DNA of 64,000 nucleotides from Planctomycetota bacterium. GTDB lineage: Bacteria > Planctomycetota > Planctomycetia > Pirellulales > UBA1268. Position 1 is the first letter of the stretch, and every line of letters begins with the position of its first letter. Shown here in pieces: positions 20,337 through 31,883 of the stretch. The notes below the pieces were generated by a model. The model worked only from the letters and a program-made list of their open reading frames with translations. It did not search any database and was not told the origin of the DNA. A program made the position numbers and the translations under genes. The stretch covers positions 21,564-85,563 of the forward strand of contig JAPOIM010000001.1 of the NCBI GenBank assembly GCA_029978905.1, written 5' to 3'.

Positions 20337-21281
20337 TCACGGGCCTCGCAGATCCCAGGCTTCCACCCAGGTGGTTTCCATCGGCTTGAGATCAAAGTCT
20401 TTGCGAAGCCGCTGATCAAAGTCCGCCATGTGGGCTGCACCGTAGAAAATGGCCACCCGCTCTCGGCCTTTGGCAATCTGTTGCCGCATCACATCAAGAG
20501 CCGCCGCGTTGCGGTCGGTGATGATGGTGGAGCCACTCTCTCCCCCGAACGCGGCCGTGAGCACCTCCATGTCGGTGAACTGCTCCGCCATGATGCGGCG
20601 GAGTTGGAGCTCCCGATCGGAAGAGAAGAGCAGGCCAAATAGTTCGCCGATCCCCACCTCGCCAGACGTGTCTCCCGCAGCCGCTTTCCGACGAGCCTGC
20701 GTCATGCCTTCCTGCATCAGCCTGCTAAACATCGTCCACCACGACTCCCCGCGTTTCTGCATGGCCGCATCAAACTGCTGCGGAGAGAGGTCGGCATGCA
20801 CAAAGTTGGCCTGGCTGTAGTCAATCTCCTGCAGCTGGAAGGAAAGGCCGAGCGCTCCGGTGAGCCCTTGCTGGGCGGAACCGATCGCCCCGGAGGGACG
20901 CTGGCCGGCCTTGGGAACACGGTTGTTTTCCGGGGCCACAAGCTCGTAGAGGACGGCATCGTAGTCGCGGAAGAGACGGTTGAGGGTGGCGTAGTACTGC
21001 TCACTGCCGATGTGCACCGCCGCCACCAGATCGACGGTCAGACCGTCTTCGACCTGCGGATCGCCTGCGTACCTCACGACGGCGGTGTCAAGCGATCGAG
21101 GCTCGCCATCCTCTTCGCGCGTAACTCGCAGAAAACTGAGCCCGTCGCGGTCCTCGGCGGCCTGCGTCTCCTCGGCGCACGCACAGACAACGTGGTTCGC
21201 AGGAAGCCCTCCCGCGAGCCAGATCGCGAGACCGGACGCCAACAACACAGGCATCGCAACGTGGGGCACTCGGCTTGGCAT
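20337..21281 (-). CDS. TraB/GumN-family protein, secreted or membrane-anchored
   Basis: ATG verified at 21279-21281. N-terminal hydrophobic segment. LVAAVHIGSEQYY and VAIFYGAAHM motifs are typical of the TraB/GumN family. Confidence 0.7.
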   Translation of the reverse strand: MPSRVPHVAMPVLLASGLAIWLAGGLPANHVVCACAEETQAAEDRDGLSFLRVTREEDGEPRSLDTAVVRYAGDPQVEDGLTVDLVAAVHIGSEQYYATLNRLFRDYDAVLYELVAPENNRVPKAGQRPSGAIGSAQQGLTGALGLSFQLQEIDYSQANFVHADLSPQQFDAAMQKRGESWWTMFSRLMQEGMTQARRKAAAGDTSGEVGIGELFGLLFSSDRELQLRRIMAEQFTDMEVLTAAFGGESGSTIITDRNAAALDVMRQQIAKGRERVAIFYGAAHMADFDQRLRKDFDLKPMETTWVEAWDLRGP

Positions 21282-21546
21282 AAAGGCATCTCCAAAGGAT
21301 TCCCGCAGTATAGAACGCAAACGGCCGGACCGTGACGCCACCCCGCGAAACTGCGCAACCAAGGCAAAGTTGAAGCGATTCCCTGAAGAAACCCTCGACC
21401 CCTCTCTTACCCAAATTGCCGTCCTGCGCGTCATGGCCCGCAATCTCTACCAAGAATGGTTAACCCGACGGAGCGGCACGACCGATAAACCCATTGCGAA
21501 CCGCACGAGCGGACTCAACGGATCCTGTTCCCAAGGAACCTTAGCG

Positions 21547-23511
<1,965 letters not shown>

Positions 23512-23559
23512 TCGCGACGCCCACACAATCCATGTCACGAAGTCCGCGTGACAGTTCGC

Positions 23560-23596
23560 CCGTCGCCGGGGGGTTTCCCTCGGCGACGGTTTTATT
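23560..23596 (+). terminator. Rho-independent terminator after the beta-barrel gene
   Basis: Stem ccgtcgccg (23560-23568) pairs with cggcgacgg (23581-23589), followed by ttttatt. Confidence 0.7.
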
Positions 23597-23597
23597 G

Positions 23598-24110
23598 CTA
23601 CGGCTCCACGTTGATCCAGGCAGCCGTCGCGCCCCGCACCCGGGCGAGCTTGGCATGCCGCTCGATGAGCGGTTGCCAGAGCGGGCAGGCGGCCACGGGC
23701 TCAACCGACACAGGCAGTTCGGCTGGCAAACCGTCGGGGCCCACTTGGGCAAACCCAAACAGCCCATCCATCCAGGGTAGATCCCGGCCGTGAAGCGGCA
23801 TGCCGATCACGCCGACCGCGAGGTAGCCGCGTCGCACAGCGAGCACCGCCCCTCGGATCTCCACGAGCGACCCGACCGGCACACTTTGGCGACACTCCAG
23901 GGAAATCACCCGCCGCAGCATCAAGTTGGCGGTGGGCCCCACAGCCCGCGTTGCGGTCGCGTACCCCGTCTCCAGCCCGTACTGCAGGAGGGCGCCTGCG
24001 TAGAGCGTGCCGTAATGGTTCGCATCCGCCGGGAGCACAAGGCGGTGGTTAGCCGTTTCTCGCGGCCCCGGACTGGCGGTCGATGCGGAAGCAGAGGATT
24101 CGAGTGACAT
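23598..24110 (-). CDS. Hotdog-fold acyl-CoA/acyl-carrier thioesterase
   Basis: ATG verified at 24108-24110, 7 nt after the stop of the fusion gene. PADANHYGTLYAGALLQYGLE is typical of the YciA/Acot-type hotdog thioesterases. Confidence 0.7.
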   Translation of the reverse strand: MSLESSASASTASPGPRETANHRLVLPADANHYGTLYAGALLQYGLETGYATATRAVGPTANLMLRRVISLECRQSVPVGSLVEIRGAVLAVRRGYLAVGVIGMPLHGRDLPWMDGLFGFAQVGPDGLPAELPVSVEPVAACPLWQPLIERHAKLARVRGATAAWINVEP

Positions 24111-24117
24111 GGCCCGG

Positions 24118-27100
24118 TTATAGCCGGGCCTGGGCAACCTCTGAAAGAGACCGGCTGCCGGTGCGGCGAGCAGGCCGAATCACCTCGGGAGCAATCCGCT
24201 CGAGCTCTTCTCGCATCACGCTCACCGTGGTGCGGATCTGCTCGGACGTGTGCTTCGACGTGATGAAGAACCGCAAGCGGGCCGCTGCCTCTTCCACCGC
24301 GGGATAGAGAATCGGCTGCACGTTGATGCCACGGGCAAACAGGGCCTGCGAAAGCTGCAGGCTCAGCAGCGAGCTGCCAAGAATCACCGGCACCACACCC
24401 GAGTTCGACGACTGTCCTGTGTCGAGCCCGGCCTCGGCAGCGAGTTCCAGGAACAGCGCTGCATTGGCCTGTAACTGCGCGGGCCGCTCTGGCTGCTCGT
24501 GGAGCAGGTTAATCGCCGCCAAGGCTGCTCCAGCTGCCGAAGGAGGCAACCCAATCGAGTACACGAAGCCGGGAACCGTGTATTTCAGCCACTGGACCAG
24601 TGCCTTGGACCCCGCGATGTAGCCGCCGCAGCTGCCAAACGCCTTGGAAAGCGTGCCCATCCAGAGGTCCACCTCGGCAGGATCCATGCCGAAGTGCTCA
24701 GAGATTCCGCGCCCACGCTGCCCCATGACACCGATCGAGTGGGCTTCATCCACCATCAACAGGGCCTTATGCCGACGGGCCACGTCGACAAATCGCGGCA
24801 CGTCGGCGAAGTCGCCGTCCATGCTGTACACACCTTCGACGACCATCAGCACGCGACGATACTGCCCGCGGACCTGGGCCAGCATCGCATCGGCCGCCTC
24901 CACATCGTTGTGAGGGAAGGCACGGCGGCGGGCGCCAGAGAGCACCGCCCCCTGCTGGATGCTGTTGTGGGCGAGCGCGTCGTGCAGGATCAGGTCACCC
25001 GGTCCGACCACGTGGCCGATCACCGTTTCGTTGGTGGCGTGGCCACCGACGAGGGTAATCGCATCTTCAGTGCCGACGAGGCCGGCGATCGCCCGTTCCA
25101 GCTCCACGTGAATCGTCTTCTCGCCGGACACGAGCCGACTGGCCGAGGCGCTAGTGCCAAAGCGATCAATCGCGTCCTTCGCGCCCTTGGTGACCTCGGG
25201 GTCCCCGGACATGCCGAGGTAGTTGTAGGTGGCCCAACTGATGAGCTCACGACCGCCGATCTGCGTCAGGTCGCCGGTCACCCCCTCGTGCACACTGAAG
25301 TAGGGGTTTTGCAACCCTGCGTCGCGGATCATCTGGAAGTTTTGTTCAAGCGCTCGCACCTCAGGAAACGCCTCGATGCGGTAGGCCTCTTCCGAGATCT
25401 CACCAGCCGCCACGGTGTCGCCCGCCGTCGCCATCATCTCCCCGCCGCCAGGGAGGTGGTCAACAATCGCCTCTGCCACTTCGCGGCAGGTTTCGATCAT
25501 GGGGAGCACCTGTTCGGGGAAACGGCCACCGAACGTGTCTTCAAGAGCGGCGACGATCTCCATCCGTTCGAGCGAATCGAGACCGAGTTCCACGATGTTG
25601 GTGTCGAGCGACAGTTCGCGTGCCCGTTCCTTGGCCACCTTGCGGACGTGCTCATACACCGTCTGGACGAGGGCGTCTGGCAGGTCTCGCTGAGGCTTGC
25701 CAGCACGGTTGCTGTCGCCAAGGGGGCGCAACCGCGCGAGCCTTGGCGCCGCACTCCCGGCAGGCGTCTCTGGTGCCGGTTCGGCGGAGACTGCAGCCGC
25801 GGCAGCCGGAGACTGCTGCCATGCCACTTGCTGCTCCACCACTTCCAGCGTCCCTTCGAGGAACATCTTCTTGCACAGATGCCGCTGAATCTTGCCGCTG
25901 GATGTCTTCGGGACGCTGTTGGGACGCACCAGCACCACACCCTCGAGAGCCACTTCATGCTCGGTGGCCAGGCGGCGGCGAATCGCGTCTATGGCGCCAG
26001 CGATTTCGGTCGGCTCGCGACGCCCTCGCTCCAGTTCCGCCACGACCACCACCCGCTCGCGACCTTCCATGTCCACGGAGAACGCAGCCACGCTCCCCGC
26101 CCGCACGAGCGCACTCGTGTCTTCCACCGACGCCTCGAGATCCTGAGGGTAGTGGTTGCGGCCGCGGATGATGATCAGATCCTTCAACCGCCCAGTGACA
26201 AACAGTTCGCCGTCGTCAAAGAAGCCAAGATCGCCCGTCCGCATGTAGGGGCCAGGATGACGGTCGGTTGCGAGCCCCTCAGGCAAGTGGAGCATCGCCC
26301 CAAACGTCTCCTGTGTGGCCTCGCGACGGTTCCAGTAGCCTTGTGCCACACTGGGACCACTGACCCAGATCTCGCCCACGCGGCGAGCCGGCAGGGGGCT
26401 GAAGGTGTCGTGATCCACGATCACAACATCCTGTCCCTCCAGTTCACCACCACTTCCCACGAGTCGACGCGAGCCGGCATCGGCACCAATCACGGGCTGC
26501 GCTTGGTCGCTTTCGAGGGCGGTTGCGTCAAACGTGCGAATCACCGGAGGCTCAAACTTCATGCCGCCGGTGACCATCAGCGTGCTCTCAGCTAAGCCGT
26601 AGCACGGGAAGAAGGCCTCCCGCCGAAAGCCACACGGCTCAAACGCCTCGCAGAAGGCGTCGATCGTTTCGGGACGCACGGGTTCGGCACCATTGAAGGC
26701 CAGCGACCAGCTCGAGAGATCGAGTTCTGCCCGCTGCTCCGGCGTCGTCTTCCGCACACACAGCTCGTAGGAGAAGTTCGGGCCACCACTGATCGTCGCC
26801 TTGTACTTCGAGATCGCTTGCAGCCAGCGGAGGGGCTTCTGCAGAAACGCCACGGGCGACATGATGACGTTGAACTTCCCGCCGTAGAGCGGCACGAGGA
26901 TGCCGCCGATCAAGCCCATGTCGTGGAAACTCGGCAGCCAGAACACCCCAGACTGGCTGCGGGTGATCTCAAACGCCTGCATGATCCGCAGCGAGTTGTG
27001 CAGCAGGTTGCCGTGCGACAGCATCACGCCCTTGGGCGTCCCTGTCGAACCGCTGGTGTACTGCAGGAAGGCGAGGGTGTCGCCGTCGATGTCGGGACGT

Positions 27101-27654
27101 TCCCACTGGTCGGCCCAGTGATCCTCGAGTTCGCTGTCCACCTTCCACACGAGCGACTCGAGGCTCGGCGCCGTCGCCCGAAGGCTGTCGAAGCGATCGA
27201 GCACGTCGCGAGTGGTCAGGGCCACCGAGGCGCGGGCATCAGCGGCGATCGTCTCAATGCGCTCGACGGAACGGTTCTTCCGCGGCGGATAGGCGGGCAC
27301 CGCAATCGCCCCGCCGTACAGGCAGCCCATGAAGGCGGCAATGAAGTCAAGCCCCGACGGGTAGAGCAACAGCACCCGCTTGCCCCGCATCCCGGAAGCA
27401 GCGAGCCACGCCCCCACACCCCGGGCCTTCCGGTCCAACTCGGCGTAGGTGATGTTGAGCTCTTCCTGTTCACCATCCACAAGGAAGGTGAAGGCGCGGT
27501 CATGGGGCCGATAGCCGGCGCGTTGCCGAAGCAGATCGACGATGGTCGGTGCGAACGAGTTTTCGCCAGGTGCGGTAGGATTCACGTCGTCTGCGGGCTC
27601 CGAGGCTGCCGACGGGGAAGACACAGGCCACTGCGGCTCATAGGGTGTCGGCAA
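24118..27654 (-). CDS. Trifunctional fatty-acyl-AMP ligase / acyl carrier protein / PLP-dependent alpha-oxoamine synthase fusion
   Basis: One uninterrupted ORF. The adenylation domain carries FLQYTSGSTGTPKGV, YGLAES, TGDLGF, GRLKDLIIIRGRNHYPQDLE and SSGKIQR. The carrier domain carries ELGLDSLERME. The AOS domain carries MVDEAHS and GTLSKAFGSCGGY. The first start-like codon is TTG (27652-27654); alternative GTGs are at 27624 and 27585, so the exact start is uncertain. Confidence 0.85.
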   Translation of the reverse strand: MPTPYEPQWPVSSPSAASEPADDVNPTAPGENSFAPTIVDLLRQRAGYRPHDRAFTFLVDGEQEELNITYAELDRKARGVGAWLAASGMRGKRVLLLYPSGLDFIAAFMGCLYGGAIAVPAYPPRKNRSVERIETIAADARASVALTTRDVLDRFDSLRATAPSLESLVWKVDSELEDHWADQWERPDIDGDTLAFLQYTSGSTGTPKGVMLSHGNLLHNSLRIMQAFEITRSQSGVFWLPSFHDMGLIGGILVPLYGGKFNVIMSPVAFLQKPLRWLQAISKYKATISGGPNFSYELCVRKTTPEQRAELDLSSWSLAFNGAEPVRPETIDAFCEAFEPCGFRREAFFPCYGLAESTLMVTGGMKFEPPVIRTFDATALESDQAQPVIGADAGSRRLVGSGGELEGQDVVIVDHDTFSPLPARRVGEIWVSGPSVAQGYWNRREATQETFGAMLHLPEGLATDRHPGPYMRTGDLGFFDDGELFVTGRLKDLIIIRGRNHYPQDLEASVEDTSALVRAGSVAAFSVDMEGRERVVVVAELERGRREPTEIAGAIDAIRRRLATEHEVALEGVVLVRPNSVPKTSSGKIQRHLCKKMFLEGTLEVVEQQVAWQQSPAAAAAVSAEPAPETPAGSAAPRLARLRPLGDSNRAGKPQRDLPDALVQTVYEHVRKVAKERARELSLDTNIVELGLDSLERMEIVAALEDTFGGRFPEQVLPMIETCREVAEAIVDHLPGGGEMMATAGDTVAAGEISEEAYRIEAFPEVRALEQNFQMIRDAGLQNPYFSVHEGVTGDLTQIGGRELISWATYNYLGMSGDPEVTKGAKDAIDRFGTSASASRLVSGEKTIHVELERAIAGLVGTEDAITLVGGHATNETVIGHVVGPGDLILHDALAHNSIQQGAVLSGARRRAFPHNDVEAADAMLAQVRGQYRRVLMVVEGVYSMDGDFADVPRFVDVARRHKALLMVDEAHSIGVMGQRGRGISEHFGMDPAEVDLWMGTLSKAFGSCGGYIAGSKALVQWLKYTVPGFVYSIGLPPSAAGAALAAINLLHEQPERPAQLQANAALFLELAAEAGLDTGQSSNSGVVPVILGSSLLSLQLSQALFARGINVQPILYPAVEEAAARLRFFITSKHTSEQIRTTVSVMREELERIAPEVIRPARRTGSRSLSEVAQARL

Positions 27655-27976
27655 CTTCGGTCTGTGCGAAAGACATTGTAGGCGGCCAGGCAGAGCAACC
27701 CGCAGTTTCGGCGCAGAGTGCCACCCCGCACCTCACCTCACCCAGATGGGCTTCCTGACCGGCAAGGTCACGAAAAGCCCCCGGGTTCCTCAGGCTTCGC
27801 CCGGGTCCCGCCGGTCTCGCCTGAGGCCCCCACACACGGAGCATCGCAGGGAACGGTCCACGAGCCTCCACCCGCCGCCAGCACCCGCTGCGACGACGAA
27901 CGGAGCGGACACTGCGTTGACACGTCTCACACGGCGATTCACAGCCGGCCCAACGGCACGGCCTCGTCAGTGCGAT

Positions 27977-28204
27977 CTACGCCCAGGTGCGACCGCTGGC
28001 ATGTTCGCAACGCGGGGCGAAGTTGCCCAGCAGCCCGCCGATCACATCCCAGCGATCAGGACGGCGAACCTCGATGTCTCCTTGCTGGTTGATCCGTACA
28101 AGGCACGTGTCGGTCAAGCCGGCACGTTGCAGTTCGTCGGGGCTCACCTCGTCTGGCTCCAGCATCCGCATCAGCATGCGGCCATTCATCTCGATGAACT
28201 TCAT
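27977..28204 (-). CDS. Small hypothetical protein (75 aa)
   Basis: ATG verified at 28202-28204, preceded by GGAGGG at suitable spacing. Good GC3 pattern. No recognisable motif. Confidence 0.55.
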   Translation of the reverse strand: MKFIEMNGRMLMRMLEPDEVSPDELQRAGLTDTCLVRINQQGDIEVRRPDRWDVIGGLLGNFAPRCEHASGRTWA

Positions 28205-28257
28205 GGTGTCGTCCCTCCCTCTCCCCGCCACGACGTGCCTTGCCCAACCGCCAAAGT

Positions 28258-29226
28258 CTACCCGAACTGTGCCCGAATGCGCGCATACGTCGCTTCGAGT
28301 CGTACGAAGTCATCCGCGGCAATCTCCTCGGCACGCGCCTGTGGCCCGAGGCCCATCTCCGCAAACACCTGATCGACGATCGCCCGCCCCTTCGCCTGGT
28401 CACGGCCGCCGGCCATCCTCGCGAGCACACCCCGCAGCAGTTTTCGCCGATGGCAAAAGACATCGCGAACAAAACTATGGAAACGTTCGAGGTCGGCGAT
28501 TCCCGCCCGGCGAGCCGGCTCGACTTCAATCCGCAGGATCGCAGAGTCGACTTTGGGACGTGGCCAAAACGCCGAGGGGGGCAGCACGCGGACGATCTCG
28601 CTGCGGCACTGGCTCCCGATCCAAACCGAGAGCGCGCTGTAGTCCGACGTCCCCGGCGTCGCGCAGATCCGCTCGGCAAGTTCCCGTTGGATCGTGACGC
28701 ACGCAACGTCGAATGGTTGAGGCATGGCCAGCAGGTTGCTGATCACCGGCGTGGCCACGCAGTAGGGCAGGTTGGCCACCAGCAGGAATCTCCCCTGCGG
28801 CAAGGCGTTTCTCGCCTCCGCGATCGCCTCGGTCACCGCAGCGGAAAACACATGCTTCGATCGCAGCGCATCCCCCTCAACCAAAGCCACCTTGTCGCCA
28901 GGAGGCCCCAGCATCAAAAGCTGCTCACGGGTCAACTGGGCAAGCCGATGGTCGATCTCCGCCGAGACCACCCGACCGGCAAGCATGGCCAACCGCGTGG
29001 TGAGCGTGCCGCTGCCTGCTCCCACCTCAAGCACCACATCGGTGGGCTCAATTGCCGCAGACCGCACCAGCAGGTCGAGCAGGTTCAAGTCGATCAAAAA
29101 GTTTTGACCGCGTCGGGCGTCGATCGTGAAGCCCACCTCGGCAAACCACTTTTTGAGGTAGGCGGCCGTCTGTCGAGGAGGCGTCACCGGTGCCTGAGGT
29201 TCAGGATTGGAGTGCTCGGGTTCCAT
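28258..29226 (-). CDS. rsmA: 16S rRNA (adenine1518/1519-N6)-dimethyltransferase
   Basis: RRGQNFLID and VLEVGAGSGTLT motifs. The ATG at 29224-29226 overlaps the ribE stop (ATGA). Confidence 0.9.
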   Translation of the reverse strand: MEPEHSNPEPQAPVTPPRQTAAYLKKWFAEVGFTIDARRGQNFLIDLNLLDLLVRSAAIEPTDVVLEVGAGSGTLTTRLAMLAGRVVSAEIDHRLAQLTREQLLMLGPPGDKVALVEGDALRSKHVFSAAVTEAIAEARNALPQGRFLLVANLPYCVATPVISNLLAMPQPFDVACVTIQRELAERICATPGTSDYSALSVWIGSQCRSEIVRVLPPSAFWPRPKVDSAILRIEVEPARRAGIADLERFHSFVRDVFCHRRKLLRGVLARMAGGRDQAKGRAIVDQVFAEMGLGPQARAEEIAADDFVRLEATYARIRAQFG

Positions 29227-29894
29227 CAGTCCTGCTCCCTTTGTGCCTGCGATTCCTGCACGAGACCGGGAGCATTGCCGCGACCCGGTCCCCCTCCTGC
29301 GGCAAACCAGGCTTCCAGCCGAGTTGTCACGTACTTCCCGATGAGATCGGTCTCCAGGTTGACGGGATCCCCAGCCGCGAGGGCACCGAGCGTGGTCACC
29401 GCGAGCGTGTGGGGAATCAGGGCCACGGAAAACTCGCTGCCAGTCACCTCCACCACCGTGAGGCTCACGCCATCGACGGTGATCGAGCCCTTGGGGACCA
29501 TTTGCCTGAGAATCGCGGCGTCCGCCGAAAAACGGCACGTCACCCAGTCTCCCTCCTGCTCGCGAGCGAGGAGCCGCCCGACCGCGTCGACGTGCCCCGT
29601 GACCAGATGCCCTCCGAGCCGATCCGACACCTGCAGCGAACGCTCCAGATTGACGCGGCCACCGGGCTGTAACCGGCCGAGGGTCGTTTTCGCCAGGGTT
29701 TCAGGGCCGAGTTCGAAGGTCAGCCGGGCGCCGTCGATGGCCACGATCGACAGGCAGCAGCCACTGACGCAGATGCTCGCACCCATCGTCGCGTCGTCCG
29801 AGAGGGGCCCCGCGTCGATCACCAGTCGCAAGCCCGGGGGCTCCGCCTGAGCCGCGGTGACCGTGCCGAGAAGTTCCACGAGTCCGGTAAACAT
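29226..29894 (-). CDS. ribE: Riboflavin synthase
   Basis: MFTGLVE start and duplicated lumazine-binding repeats (GASICVSGCCLS / GSITVDGVSLTV). Confidence 0.9.
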   Translation of the reverse strand: MFTGLVELLGTVTAAQAEPPGLRLVIDAGPLSDDATMGASICVSGCCLSIVAIDGARLTFELGPETLAKTTLGRLQPGGRVNLERSLQVSDRLGGHLVTGHVDAVGRLLAREQEGDWVTCRFSADAAILRQMVPKGSITVDGVSLTVVEVTGSEFSVALIPHTLAVTTLGALAAGDPVNLETDLIGKYVTTRLEAWFAAGGGPGRGNAPGLVQESQAQREQD

Positions 29895-30047
29895 CTGCCG
29901 TCACCATCCTGTTGAAGGAAAGCGTGGATCGTATGCCACCACCGTCCGCTCCGAAAGCCAAACGGGTGAGGGTCGCCCCGGATTGGTCAGATCGCATGCG
30001 GGTGCCCTGCGCGACCCTTGCGTCGCGCAGGTGAACCGGCACAATGA

Positions 30048-31385
<1,338 letters not shown>

Positions 31386-31425
31386 TCCTCTTAAATAAGG
31401 CCCTCCAGAGCCTTCGGTCCCTCGA

Positions 31426-31465
31426 GTGACCCGCGAAAACCTGTTTTTCGCGGGTCACTTTTTTG
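31426..31465 (+). terminator. Rho-independent terminator after eno
   Basis: A 14-bp perfect stem (31426-31439 pairs with 31445-31458) with a 5-nt loop, followed by TTTTTTG. Confidence 0.85.
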
Positions 31466-31499
31466 CGCCTGCCCGCGAGAGTTGGACGCCCAAACCGCC

Positions 31500-31883
31500 C
31501 TAGGACCGTGGGGCCGGTTTTCGCATCAGCATCCAGCCGCACGCCGCCGACGATCCCGCAGCGGCAATCGCCAGCGGCCAGAGAGGAATCAAGCGGCTGC
31601 GGGGGGCTTCATCCATCACCACCGCATCTTCAGCCAGGCTCGAAGGTTGGAGGCCTGCTGCACGGCGTGCCCGTTCGGCAGCAAGCTGACCGCGTCCGAG
31701 ATACCGCCCTTCGATCTGGCCCTGCCTGCGGTCGTACTTCGGCGACACGAGGGCCAGCGACACAAGCGCCATCACGGAAAAGAGGAGCCCCCAAAACCAC
31801 GGGCTGTCGGTCAGGCGATTCTGGCTGGATTCAGGCATGCGATGGAGCAATTCACGGACACGATCTGCAGCACCGGCTGACAT
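31500..31883 (-). CDS. Small two-helix membrane protein, third gene of the AAA+/vWA operon
   Basis: The ATG at 31881-31883 overlaps the vWA gene stop by 1 nt (TGATG). Two hydrophobic helices: WFWGLLFSVMALVSLALV and LIPLWPLAIAAAGSSAACGWML. Confidence 0.6.
   Translation of the reverse strand: MSAGAADRVRELLHRMPESSQNRLTDSPWFWGLLFSVMALVSLALVSPKYDRRQGQIEGRYLGRGQLAAERARRAAGLQPSSLAEDAVVMDEAPRSRLIPLWPLAIAAAGSSAACGWMLMRKPAPRS

Noticed and set aside
21010-21546. 5' extension of the beta-barrel ORF (track start 21010)
   Set aside because: The extension is antisense to the TraB-family gene and lacks a signal peptide. The ATG at 21547 is followed immediately by a canonical signal peptide.
24499-26595. 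698-codon plus-strand ORF
   Set aside because: It lies entirely antisense to the fusion gene, whose translation carries unmistakable enzyme motifs. Its own translation is Arg/His/Gly-rich with no motifs. This is a typical high-GC shadow ORF.
28240-29850. 536-codon plus-strand ORF
   Set aside because: Antisense to rsmA and ribE; shadow ORF.
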